Source: an uncultured Planctomycetales bacterium
Lineage (GTDB): Bacteria > Planctomycetota > UBA1135 > CAZMYG01
Assembly (NCBI GenBank): GCA_964570465.1
Contig: CAZMYG010000002.1
Coordinates: forward strand, 1 to 63,639
Reading direction: 5' to 3'
Length of the DNA: 63,639 bases
Of the stretch, positions 1 through 12,000 are shown one piece after another; the first letter of the stretch is position 1; each line of letters starts with the position of its first letter. A program made the translations under genes and the position numbers. The notes under the pieces were generated by a model, which was given only the letters and a program-made list of their open reading frames with translations, searched no databases and was not told where the DNA came from.

Positions 1-1181
1 GGTTTTTCGCATTTTCCACGCCAGTTTGCCGCTCGATCTTGGCTGCTGCCGCGATAAGCAGGCCCTAAAACGAGTTTGATTTCTAAAGCTGCGATGCGCT
101 TATCTTTTTCCTGTTCGAGTGCGTGAAGAATCCAGTCGCTGTAATCCGCAGCATCTGATCCTCCCATACTGATGAGAATCTTTTTGGCTAGAGTAGGAAT
201 TTCTTTCGCCATCTTTTTCGCGAGCGAGAAAGATTCTTCTAATAAGGCAAACTCTTCGCCTAATAAAAAAACCCTCGCGCAATTTTCCGGATAGCCAAGC
301 TGTTTGGCTCCGAAGCTTGTATTGAGTAGTAAATCGACGTTGAAGCTTTCTTTCGCTTCATCGTCAATCGCCGCAACAAGTCCGCCGAGTTTTTTGATTT
401 CTTGATGAAAGCGAAGTCCTTTCCAATAGCGATCGACGAGAACGATGCTGGGAGTTGTTTCCTTCTCTAGAACTTTTTTTGCCAAAATCCCTGGATTAGG
501 AGCGTTTGGAAGAATTCGTACCGGAAAAGAGTGCTTAGAAATTTCATCGCGGATTTCTTCGCTTGCGCGATCGAGGAAAAATTCCACGTTTTCTCCACCT
601 AGAGAACGATAGGCCTTTGCCAAATTGAGACATCGTTTAACGTGGCCTAACCCTATTTCGCGATTCCCTGCGCAGTGAATCTTAAGCGGGGGAGGAAGCG
701 TTGTTTTTTTGCGCCGAATTTTGACTTTCTCCATGTGATAGAAAGCGAATTCCCCTTCCATTTGTATTTTGGTTGTTTGATAGCCAGCTTTTTGAAACAC
801 CTTGTAAGAAATGAGATTCTCTACTCGAACTCTGGCTAGAATTTTTGAAGCGTGAAGTTTTTTCCAGGCGTATTGAGTACCTAATTCGAGTGACTCCAAA
901 CCGAAACCCTTTCCTCGAAGACTCGATTCCAAGCCAATACTGATTTCCCAGCTCTTTTCTCCAATGGGATCAAAGCGCATTTGCCCGAGGGCTTTTCCCT
1001 CGTCTTCAAGGATCAGAAGCCGCGACTTTCCTTCTTTCAGTTTTTTTTCAAACCACTTTTTGTGTGTTTCCCACGGCACAGAGTCGGGATTCGAGGAGTA
1101 CTTTCTTGAAACGGGGTCGTTTACCCATTTGAAAAGTTGTTGGGCGTCTTCGCGTTTTGCACTTCGCAATTCGATCGACAA
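1..1181 (-). CDS. GNAT N-acetyltransferase (PseH-like) fused to a PseG-like UDP-sugar hydrolase; the 3' end runs off the window
   Basis: Absent from the ORF track because there is no stop codon inside the window. My own minus-strand translation starts at TTG 1181-1179. It reads LSIELRSAKREDAQQLFKWVNDP...SLRGKGFGLESLELG (GNAT-type), then KIHCAGNREIGLGHVKRCLNLA...ILISMGGSDAADYS (GT28/PseG-like GGSD motif), and stays open to base 1. The start abuts the stop of the upstream formyltransferase. Confidence 0.6.
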   Translation of the reverse strand, partial: MSIELRSAKREDAQQLFKWVNDPVSRKYSSNPDSVPWETHKKWFEKKLKEGKSRLLILEDEGKALGQMRFDPIGEKSWEISIGLESSLRGKGFGLESLELGTQYAWKKLHASKILARVRVENLISYKVFQKAGYQTTKIQMEGEFAFYHMEKVKIRRKKTTLPPPLKIHCAGNREIGLGHVKRCLNLAKAYRSLGGENVEFFLDRASEEIRDEISKHSFPVRILPNAPNPGILAKKVLEKETTPSIVLVDRYWKGLRFHQEIKKLGGLVAAIDDEAKESFNVDLLLNTSFGAKQLGYPENCARVFLLGEEFALLEESFSLAKKMAKEIPTLAKKILISMGGSDAADYSDWILHALEQEKDKRIAALEIKLVLGPAYRGSSQDRAANWRGKCEK

Positions 1182-1182
1182 T

Positions 1183-2172
1183 TTAGCCCTCGTTTTTGCT
1201 CCCGAAAAAAGCTCGCGTAGAAAGCGCGGACTCTAAATATTTCGAAGGGGTATGGAAACGATCTCCAGCGCGGATTTGTGAAAGTAAATTTTCGCCGTTT
1301 TCGGACAGCACTTGTTCAACAAGCAAAGAGTGCGAGCCTTCTGTGGCGATGACGACCCATTTTTTGTCATGACGCATAACAAGTCCCGACATGAATTCGT
1401 GATTCGGAGTTTCTCCTGCGTGAAGATGAACTCCCTTGAGATGCACCAATTTTCCTCGATAAAAACTCATCGCGCCGGGATAGGGGGCATCAAAGGCGTT
1501 AATAAATCTACATAGAGATGCTGCGGGCAATCTCCAATCGATATATCCGTGCAGAGTGGTTTTTAGGCGCGGGTTGTAACGGCCGAGATATTCAGGCTGT
1601 CGCAGGAGGGGAAACTTTTCTCCGCTGCGAATTTTTTGAATGAAGTTTTCATAAAAGGGGAGCAGCTGAGTTTTCTGATATTCCAAATACTCGATCGGTA
1701 TGTTCAAAGAAGAAGGAAATAGGAAATTTTCGTAGTCGAGTATAGGACCGCTATCGATTCCTTCGTCGACGAGATGTACGAGATTCATTCCAATGCGATC
1801 ACCACGCATGATTTTCCAAGAAATATCCGCGCCACCAGCATCAAGTGGGAGTCGAGTGCCGTGGAAGTTGAGCAAATGTCCACCAAGGACGTTCTCGATG
1901 ATTCGGTTTTTGAAAATCCAGCGGGCTCCAAAGCTCAGAAAAAGAGTTGTATCGAGATCAAAATGTTTTTCGATAAACGATTCAAAGTCGCGATCGAGTT
2001 TTTCAAAGAGCCAGAACTTTTCCTTTTTGGGCAGCTCTGCTTTTTGCGCAGGTGAACTAATCAGACTCGTGCGAATCCCTTTGGAGCGATTGAATTTTGC
2101 AAATTGCGAAAAGAGTGGGGAAGCGCCCAGCAGGACGATTTGCTTTAGCTTTTGGATTTGGAATTCCTTCAT
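1183..2172 (-). CDS. Formyltransferase-family protein (Fmt/ArnA-N-like), probably a sugar N-formyltransferase
   Basis: Motifs NFHGTRLPLDAGGADISWKIM and VHLVDEGIDSGPIL match the formyl_trans_N His/Asp catalytic region. I chose ATG 2172 (MKEFQIQKLKQIVLLG) because it makes an ATGA overlap with the LuxC-like stop; the track start at 2241 looks like an over-extension. Confidence 0.7.
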   Translation of the reverse strand: MKEFQIQKLKQIVLLGASPLFSQFAKFNRSKGIRTSLISSPAQKAELPKKEKFWLFEKLDRDFESFIEKHFDLDTTLFLSFGARWIFKNRIIENVLGGHLLNFHGTRLPLDAGGADISWKIMRGDRIGMNLVHLVDEGIDSGPILDYENFLFPSSLNIPIEYLEYQKTQLLPFYENFIQKIRSGEKFPLLRQPEYLGRYNPRLKTTLHGYIDWRLPAASLCRFINAFDAPYPGAMSFYRGKLVHLKGVHLHAGETPNHEFMSGLVMRHDKKWVVIATEGSHSLLVEQVLSENGENLLSQIRAGDRFHTPSKYLESALSTRAFFGSKNEG

Positions 2173-3422
2173 CGTGCTATCGAGCCTTCTCGTACTACCA
2201 CTCTTCGTAAAAAATCTGCGGTGAGGTTGAATCCATCCCAATTCACTTCAAAGGCTAGAGCTTCTCCAATCGGCACCACGCGATCGACGCCACGCGCTCC
2301 TAATTCTCTCGCTAAACGATGCAGCTCTTCCGAAGAAAATCCAAAATGAGTTACGGTTTGATCCTGTGGCCCAGCGAAATCTGCGATCTGCTGAGTGTCA
2401 TCAACGCGTACGTGACGAATCAATCCGCCGCCGCAAGTTTCTTTGTTAAGCAATTCGCGGTTTTTGTGTTCCGCGCTAATAAACGCCCCGTCATGCAGTC
2501 GTACTTGTGCGTTCGCTTCGGCCGCGAGCTTGAAGGAAAAGGAAAGTCGTTTCATGGCGGCTGAGGCATCGCTGTGATGGTGACGCTTTTGTACTTCACT
2601 CTCGAGTGCTTCTTCGAATTCCTTTACTACGGACTTCCAGTCGGAGGAATCTCCAACCCAAAAAATGATATGCGGTGAAGAGCAAGCCATTTGCCCAAAC
2701 CAAAAAGCATCGTTGAAGAAATTAGCGACTAGCTTGTTTTTCTGCGTTTTGTTCGCGTTGAGCCAAGCCTTAGCAGAAATTGCCGCGTAAGAGAATTTGC
2801 TCGCAAATACTCTCTCGCTCGCATGAGGATTCATCGGAATGGATCGCAGAGCTTTGGCTGTTTCATCTCCACCCCAAACAATGCGATGATCGCACCAGCT
2901 AGAAAATTGTTCTGAAATTTCTCGATCGTGTTCGTAGCTTACAAAGAGATTGGAGTTTTTGAGCGCGGCGTCGCTTTCCATTTGTTGGCGAATCTCGGCT
3001 AGGAGCAAGTCGACGATTTTTGATGGCTTTGTCGAGAGTCGGATCAAATTGGCATTTCCACAGAGATAAGAGAGCGCCCAGGAATAAACAAAAAGCGTAT
3101 CCACATTCGCCGGAGTGATATGAAACACACGCCCAACTGGGACGAATTCTAATTCATTGTCTTGCGCCCGTGCGGCTTCGAATCGTTTTTTCACTTCCTC
3201 AACATTGGATTTCCTTAGCCAATAGCCCAGAGCAACGCAAGAAGGCTCTTTTTTGAGCTCTGGGTGTTTGAGAATTCTCCGAGAGAGTTCAGTGACAGAT
3301 TCGATTCGTGCATTTGTAAAAGGCGTTTCCAACGCATCAGTTTTTGATTCCAGAAATTGAGACAAAGCGTGAACATCGCAATCCGGAGCGAGTATCTGTA
3401 CTTTTTCTAAACTCGTTTTCAT
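2169..3422 (-). CDS. LuxC-like acyl-CoA/acyl-protein reductase family protein
   Basis: 417 aa. The size and the Cys-containing core (FGQMACSSPHIIFWVG) resemble the LuxC family, and it is coupled to a LuxE-like gene upstream by a 4-nt overlap. Confidence 0.65.
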   Translation of the reverse strand: MKTSLEKVQILAPDCDVHALSQFLESKTDALETPFTNARIESVTELSRRILKHPELKKEPSCVALGYWLRKSNVEEVKKRFEAARAQDNELEFVPVGRVFHITPANVDTLFVYSWALSYLCGNANLIRLSTKPSKIVDLLLAEIRQQMESDAALKNSNLFVSYEHDREISEQFSSWCDHRIVWGGDETAKALRSIPMNPHASERVFASKFSYAAISAKAWLNANKTQKNKLVANFFNDAFWFGQMACSSPHIIFWVGDSSDWKSVVKEFEEALESEVQKRHHHSDASAAMKRLSFSFKLAAEANAQVRLHDGAFISAEHKNRELLNKETCGGGLIRHVRVDDTQQIADFAGPQDQTVTHFGFSSEELHRLARELGARGVDRVVPIGEALAFEVNWDGFNLTADFLRRVVVREGSIAR

Positions 3423-4525
3423 GCGTGCTCGCTTGCCGTTGTGGCGTAAACATCACTGCATCCGCGCAATTGCGATTGCGGTACACGACCAAGAATCTCG
3501 AAATACTTTCCTTTCATCTCTAACGAAGCATTGTCCTCGCCGCGAATCACTCCTAAGTCTTCGGTCAAAATCGAATGTCCCGGATAGCTAAGAGGAATCA
3601 TGCTGAGAACTTGAACGAGGCCGACTTCTCCGTGGGGGAGTGGACGCAAGCTGACCGGATCACGAACGATCACGTCGGAAAAAATTGGTGTGTGTAGATA
3701 GTGCAAAGGGTTTTCAAAAAAGATGCTGCCCACCTGTTCCACCATTCCATAGAAATTGATTACCGAGGAAATTCCAGTCACGGCGCTTACGCGTTCTCTA
3801 AAGTCTTTCGCCGACACGGCTAGCTCCGTGAGTTTTTTCCAGCCGCCGCTATGCACAAGTATTCCGTCATGAATCGAGAAGCGAAGTTTCTGTCGTTCCG
3901 CTTCAAGAACGAAATGCTTCCAGGCCATGAAAGTAAAACCAAAGAAGAGAACGCCTTTGCTGGCAAATCGCTGGATGTAGTTGTTAAGTCCATCCACATC
4001 GAGACTCATATCCTCTCGGAGTGCAAAAAATGGTTCGCGACCAAATTGAGACATTCCAAGAATTCCCGTCGCTCTAGCGGAGAACGCATGTCGATTTTCA
4101 ATCGTGCCGCGATGGTCAAGTATGACCATGGGACGTCGCTGCTTGCCAAGAAAGTGTTGGGCAATTTTGACGAGCACCTTGCTTTGCATTTGAGCCGTGT
4201 CTTTATCTAAAAATACCTGGCTTAGGGACTCTCCACTCGTTCCACTCGAACGCAGAGTTTTGAACACTTCTGCTTCCGAGATGCTTTTGAGCTCCATTGA
4301 TTTGAAAAGTGAAACCGGAACAAAAGGTACATCTTCGAGAGATTCAAATTGGCAGGATCGTTCTCCTTCGAAAGCATGATCGAGAAGATTTCGATAAGCG
4401 GTGCAGTGTTGATAATGATGCGTACTCAAATAACGAAGTGATTCGAGCATACGAGCACGTTTTTGCTCTGCTCTGCAGGCAAAAGGCGGCTCGTCAATCC
4501 ACTTCGTAATTGGGTTCGAGTTCAT
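3419..4525 (-). CDS. LuxE-like acyl-protein synthetase (adenylate-forming)
   Basis: 368 aa. The motif LRSSGTSGESLSQVF is a P-loop-like motif of LuxE/PaaK-type adenylating enzymes. It overlaps both neighbouring genes by 4 nt. Confidence 0.65.
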   Translation of the reverse strand: MNSNPITKWIDEPPFACRAEQKRARMLESLRYLSTHHYQHCTAYRNLLDHAFEGERSCQFESLEDVPFVPVSLFKSMELKSISEAEVFKTLRSSGTSGESLSQVFLDKDTAQMQSKVLVKIAQHFLGKQRRPMVILDHRGTIENRHAFSARATGILGMSQFGREPFFALREDMSLDVDGLNNYIQRFASKGVLFFGFTFMAWKHFVLEAERQKLRFSIHDGILVHSGGWKKLTELAVSAKDFRERVSAVTGISSVINFYGMVEQVGSIFFENPLHYLHTPIFSDVIVRDPVSLRPLPHGEVGLVQVLSMIPLSYPGHSILTEDLGVIRGEDNASLEMKGKYFEILGRVPQSQLRGCSDVYATTASEHA

Positions 4526-5946
4526 TGAGTTTGTAGTTTTCGATAATCCTTTTTCCCCGAGGCATTCATAGGTAGCTCGTCGATTTGAGAAATTAAAAAT
4601 GCCTTTTGTGGAAGTAATAACCAGCGCGAGAGTGTTTCTTGAATGCGAGCGATGGGCAGCGATTCAGTTGAAGCGAGAAAAATAGCAATCACATCTCCGC
4701 CATCTACGGCGGCCGCGCGTAACGTAAACTCAGATTCCAATTTATTTTCGATGTCTTCTAGTTGCACTCGCATGCCGAAGAGTTTGGCGAAGCGCTTGAG
4801 TCTTCCTTGTATATAGAAGAACCCTTTCGCATCGCAGTGACCGAGATCTCCCGTGGCGAGTCGTCCCTGACATTCATCCCCGAGCGAAAGAGAATGAAGG
4901 TTTTCCGCGTAGCCCATCATCACATTGGGTCCGTGATAAATGAGTTCTTGTCGGTCGGGTAGCCCAGGAACATCAGTGAGTTCTAGTCTGCCATTAGGAA
5001 TCGGCACACCAATCGAACCGATTTTTTCTTCGAGCAGTTCCGGTGGAACGTAAGAAATTCGCGCGGTGGCTTCAGTTTGCCCATACATCACGTAAAAGGA
5101 AGCGCCCGCAGCTTTGGTTTTTTGAGCGAAGCGGAGTTTGATTTCTTTGCGTAAAGCTCCACCTGCCTGAGTCATCAATCCCAAACTGGGATGATTTTTT
5201 GGATCGAATCGCAACTTGTCGAGAGTTTCATACATAAAGGGAACTCCCGCAAAAGAACTGCAATCGCTGCGGTCGAAATCATTCCAAAACTCCGGTCGAA
5301 AAAAAGAATGAGTGCTCAACACGACAGTCGCTCCGGCAAATAAATGAGAGTGAATGAGTGAGAGCCCGTAGGAATAACTCATTGGTAGGCTTTGAATCGA
5401 ACGTTGGCCTGGTGCGATTTGGAGATAACTAATAATTGACTTCGCGTTTTCGTGCAGATTTTTCCAAGAAAGACGAACTAGCCTGGGATTTCCTGTTGAA
5501 CCTGAAGTCTGCAAAAGCAGGCACAGATCAGGATGAATCAAACTCTGTTCGGGATTTCGATTCGCGCTAACTAGCGAGTAAACAAGCCCGGGAATCTCTT
5601 CTCTATCTAAGTAATAGGAGGGTGTGCTTTGCTCTTTGGGCATCAATAGGTAGGGCCGCCCGTAACTTTGAATCAAATTCTGCGGCAGTTCGTCATCACG
5701 CGATTCCAAAAGACAAACCGGCAGCTTTGCGTAGAGGCAAGCAAGATAAACAACAATCGAATCTGTGGAGTAATTCGTAAATAAAAAAACCAACGAACGA
5801 TCCGGCAATTTTTTGAGATAGTCCGCCGTGCGTTCCACTGCCGCGCAAAGATCGCCATAACTCGTCGTCTTCGACTGAGCCATGTCGACAATTGCAGCAG
5901 AAGAGGCAGAGTGCCCCCGAAGGATTTGTATCAATTCCTCATTCAT
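4522..5946 (-). CDS. AMP-dependent synthetase/ligase (ANL superfamily)
   Basis: LLQTSGSTGNPRLV (AMP-binding core A3), YGQTEA (A5) and TGDLG (A7-like) are all present; 474 aa. Confidence 0.85.
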   Translation of the reverse strand: MNEELIQILRGHSASSAAIVDMAQSKTTSYGDLCAAVERTADYLKKLPDRSLVFLFTNYSTDSIVVYLACLYAKLPVCLLESRDDELPQNLIQSYGRPYLLMPKEQSTPSYYLDREEIPGLVYSLVSANRNPEQSLIHPDLCLLLQTSGSTGNPRLVRLSWKNLHENAKSIISYLQIAPGQRSIQSLPMSYSYGLSLIHSHLFAGATVVLSTHSFFRPEFWNDFDRSDCSSFAGVPFMYETLDKLRFDPKNHPSLGLMTQAGGALRKEIKLRFAQKTKAAGASFYVMYGQTEATARISYVPPELLEEKIGSIGVPIPNGRLELTDVPGLPDRQELIYHGPNVMMGYAENLHSLSLGDECQGRLATGDLGHCDAKGFFYIQGRLKRFAKLFGMRVQLEDIENKLESEFTLRAAAVDGGDVIAIFLASTESLPIARIQETLSRWLLLPQKAFLISQIDELPMNASGKKDYRKLQTQ

Positions 5947-6039
5947 GTGCCGGCATCTTCTATCGAGTCTTCGCGCGAATTAACTGAAGTGGACTCAAGT
6001 ACCAACTAGCACTCAGCCGAAAAAGGCGGGGCACAGGAA

Positions 6040-7070
6040 GTGAAGATGAATCGCTACTTTAGAGGAAAGCGCATCCTCGTCTTAGGAGGAACAGGTTCCA
6101 TCGGCTCTCGCATTGTCGAGCGGCTCTTGTCACAAGAGCCTGCCGTCATTCGAGTCTTCAGCCGTGATGAAGCCAAGCAGCATCGCATGATGCAACAGTT
6201 TGGCGATCGCCACAATCTTCGCTATCTCATTGGGGACATTCGAGAGAAGGATCGTGTTTATCGTGCCATGGAAGGCATCGATATTGTTTTCCACTGCGCT
6301 GCGATGAAACACGTGCATTCTTGTGAATACAATCCTTTCGAAGCCGTCCGCACCAATGTCATTGGAACTCAAAACGCTTTAGAGGCGGCATTAGATCAAG
6401 ACGTTGAGCGATTCATTTTCACCTCTACCGATAAAGCGGTGAATCCCTCCAATGTCATGGGAGCTTCGAAGTTGGTTGCCGAACGATTAGTCACTGCAGC
6501 AAACAATGTGCGCGGCGCGCGACGCGTGGTTTTCTCCAGCGTTCGATTTGGCAATGTCCTTTTCTCTTCCGGTTCTGTCATCCCTGCTTTCCGTCAGCAA
6601 ATTGCTGCCGGTGGGTCGGTGCGTTTGACAGATCGCAAGATGACTCGATTTTTCATGGGGCAGAGACGCGCAGTAGATCTTGTTTTGCTTGCAGCGAATC
6701 TGACTCGTGGCGGAGAAGTTTTCGTTCCAAAGATGCAGGCGCTTCGCATTCTCGACCTCGCGGAGCTATTGATTGAAGAATCTGGACGCAAGGATGTAGC
6801 GATTGAAGAAACAGGCGTTCAGCCAGGCGAAAAACTGCATGAAGATTTAATCACGATCGAAGAACAGACCCGAACGATCGAGTTGGAACACTTATTTGTA
6901 GTCATGCCTGCGATTCGAGAATTTGTGCCGGATGGCTGGCATGAATATCCCGCACGCAGTTTCGATTCAGGAATTTTCAGTTATTCCAGCGTGGATCAAG
7001 CGCTGCTCACAAAAGAAGAGATCAAGAAACTTTTGTTGGAGGAAGAGCCCATGCAAGTGGAGTCCATCAT

Positions 7071-7074
<4 letters not shown>
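6040..7074 (+). CDS. pseB: UDP-GlcNAc 4,6-dehydratase, PseB/CapD/FlaA1 family
   Basis: VLGGTGSIGS Rossmann motif, then FSRDEAKQ, HCAAMKHV, TDKAVNPSNVMGASK (YxxxK-equivalent region), RFGNV..SSGSV and MTRFF. The architecture is co-linear with FlaA1/PseB as I recall it. Inverting versus retaining specificity cannot be decided from motifs. Confidence 0.7.
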
Positions 7075-9061
<1,987 letters not shown>

Positions 9062-9063
9062 AC

Positions 9064-12000
9064 ATGAAGGCCAACTCTTTGATCGCTCCAGAGTTGGTGT
9101 GGGTGGGCCCCGTTGCAGGCCGCAATGGCTACGCATCCGCAGCGCGTAATCTTCTCCTTGGATTGCACTCGCTCCGTTTCCCAGTCAGTTTGCGAGAATG
9201 GACTGTGGAGAATGGCACGCAGGAAATGTCTGGGGATCACGACACTCTAGAGTGGTATCTCGAGATGAGTCGACGTCCCATTACAGAAGGGAGCGTTTGT
9301 GTCTTTAATCATTCACCAACCCGTTATCACCAGGTTGACATCCTTGATGAGATGAGAGCTGTTAATCCTGGCATGGGGCGATACATCGTCTACACGATGT
9401 TTGAGACGGATCGAATTCCTTTGGCCTGGGTGGAAACGCTAGGTCGATTCGATGAAATCTGGGTGCCATCTCAATTCAATCATCGTACATTTTCAAACTC
9501 TGGTCTTGATTCCAAGAAGATTCGAACAATTCCACTAAGTATCGATACCAGGAAATACGATCCTCGTGGCCAGCATCCGCTATGGACTTCAGATCCCGAT
9601 CAATTTCGTTTTTTGTCCGTTTTTGAATGGACTCCACGTAAAGGCTGGGATGTTTTGGTTCGAGCTTATTGCGAAGAGTTTGCTCCTGATGAACCTGTCT
9701 CGCTGACCTTGCGAACGTATCGAGGCATTGGCAGCAACCTGGCGCGGAAAACTTCAATCAAGGAAGAACTTGTCGCTTTCATTGAAACTCGACTTGGAAA
9801 AACACTCAGTGCGATCCCAACTCTCGAAATCGACGAATCAAATCTCTCGAATCAGGCCATGCCCAGGCTCTATCAAGGCTACGATGCCTTTGTTCTGACA
9901 AGTCGCGGAGAAGGGTGGGGAATGCCTTATATGGAAGCCATGGCGATGGAGCTTCCTACTGCTGCACCGAATTGGGGCGGGCATCTCGACTTCATGAATT
10001 CTCAAAACTCTTATTTGATTGATATTGAGAGCGTGACGCCAATTGCTCGCGAGCAGGTCGTCGAAAATCCTCTATATGCAGGGCACTTTTGGGCTGAGCC
10101 TTCTGTAGCCTCAACGCGACGAGTGCTGCGAGAAATGTTTGAATCCCGCGAACAGGGCAGAGAAAAAGGAAAGATCGCAAGACTAGAAATTACAAAAAAA
10201 TACGATGTAGAAGTCGTTTCAAAGAATGTTTCAAATAGAGTTTTGGAGCTTGGCGGCGGTCGTTGCTCTTGGGCAGAGAAGTTGCCGCAATCGATTGAAA
10301 TAAACCAAACTGCCAAGATGGAAGTCACTTCGACAATTCGTGTGGCTCTGCGTTCTGGGCGGGCTCAACACGGCGATTGGCATCGCAGTGAAGATCGATT
10401 CCTGGCTCAATTTTCGCCAGAGAATGGATTTCAACTGGTTGATGAGCGAGACAAAGCACAGATTTTGATTTCGATGGATAGTTCTCCCTCCTTGGAGCCT
10501 CCCCAAGCGGGTTGCAAATGGATTTGGTTTGTTCCGCTTCCTTTTGCGGGGATTCCAGAAGAATGGATGTCGGCTTTGACTCATCGAGTCGACGAAATTT
10601 GGGTGCCTAGTGAGAAATGGCGAGACATCTATCGCAGCGCGGGAATCTCAGATCATCGAATTCATGTCATTCCTTTTGGAGTGGACTCGGAGCTGTTTTC
10701 CCCAGAAGCGAAGGCTTTAGCTTTGCCCTTGGATCAAAAATTTAGATTCCTCTCGATTCTCAAACCCACCGAGTTCGACGGTTTTGACAATCTTTGTCAT
10801 ATGTACTTTCACTGTTTTACGGCACGCGATGATGTGGCACTCGTCGTCAGGTTGCTCGCGACGGAGAACTCTCAAGAGATGGAGCAAATGAAAGCCATTG
10901 TCGAGAGGTATCGAAAGTACTCGGCCTTTCCGCCAGTTCTATTTATTGAAGAAGATTTTGGAGATCAAGAATTGCCAGGGCTTTACAACGCTTGTCAGGC
11001 TTTCTTGGCGCCGTATCGATTTACCTTTCACGAAAAAGAAGCCATTGAAGCCATGTCTTGTGGTCTTCCAGTGATTACTTCATTGGGATGTGGGCTTGAC
11101 GATTTACTGGCAGAAGGAATTTCATTCTCCTATCCAAGTTCTACGGTGCGAATTCATCCGAAAACGGAAAGACCAGATTCAGTCGACCAAAAAAACGCTC
11201 GGGTTGTTTACTCATTCACAGATGTTTCCCGGAGATTGTTGCGCAGATTGGCGAGCGAGAGATTGCTAGTGAAAAAAACCGGAGAACGTGCACGAGAATA
11301 CGTCCTTGCTCATCGATCCTGGAAACGATGCTTAGATAGCGTCATGCATCGGATACATGTTCTTTTAGAAGGAAAAACGGAAGCCCCCATTGCGAAAATT
11401 ACTGCGTTGCTTCCCAAAGGGCAAACGCTCCCTCAATCTTCACACGCTTTGCAGCGTCACAATTTAGAAATCGCAGTCAGCGATACTCGATTTTTGAAAA
11501 CGCTTCATCTGGAGCTTCACAAAGATTTTCCTGGCCCAATCTTGTTGAGCAGCGGTTCATTTCAATCCCCTCCTGAATTTCTCAATCGCTTGATTGAAGA
11601 CTTGCAAACTCATCCAGAAGTTCAGGCAGTCGTGCACCATGGACAATCTGGTTTGCTTGCCTTGTTAAGAAACTCTCGGATCCCTTGGGAAATTCCCGTA
11701 CACGAGTCGTTTTCTAGTGGAGCTAGTTTGTTGGAATGGTTCCGATTGGAACGCGTACGAAAAACAATATTAGATCGAGAGTTTCAAGACCTTAGATTCG
11801 ATGCGGATGCGAATTGGGAAAAAGAAAGTCAGGCAATCCGTGCTTTGGAAATGTCGCAGAAAGAGCGAGAAGTGAATGCGCTCGACGCCGCGGGCGCCTA
11901 TTTGCTTTCTAGCTTGGAATCCAAGCCTAATTATGCGGCCTCCTTAGAGGCACTTATCCAGTTGTATCTTCAATTAGAAAATCAAACAGGCGCTTTACGA

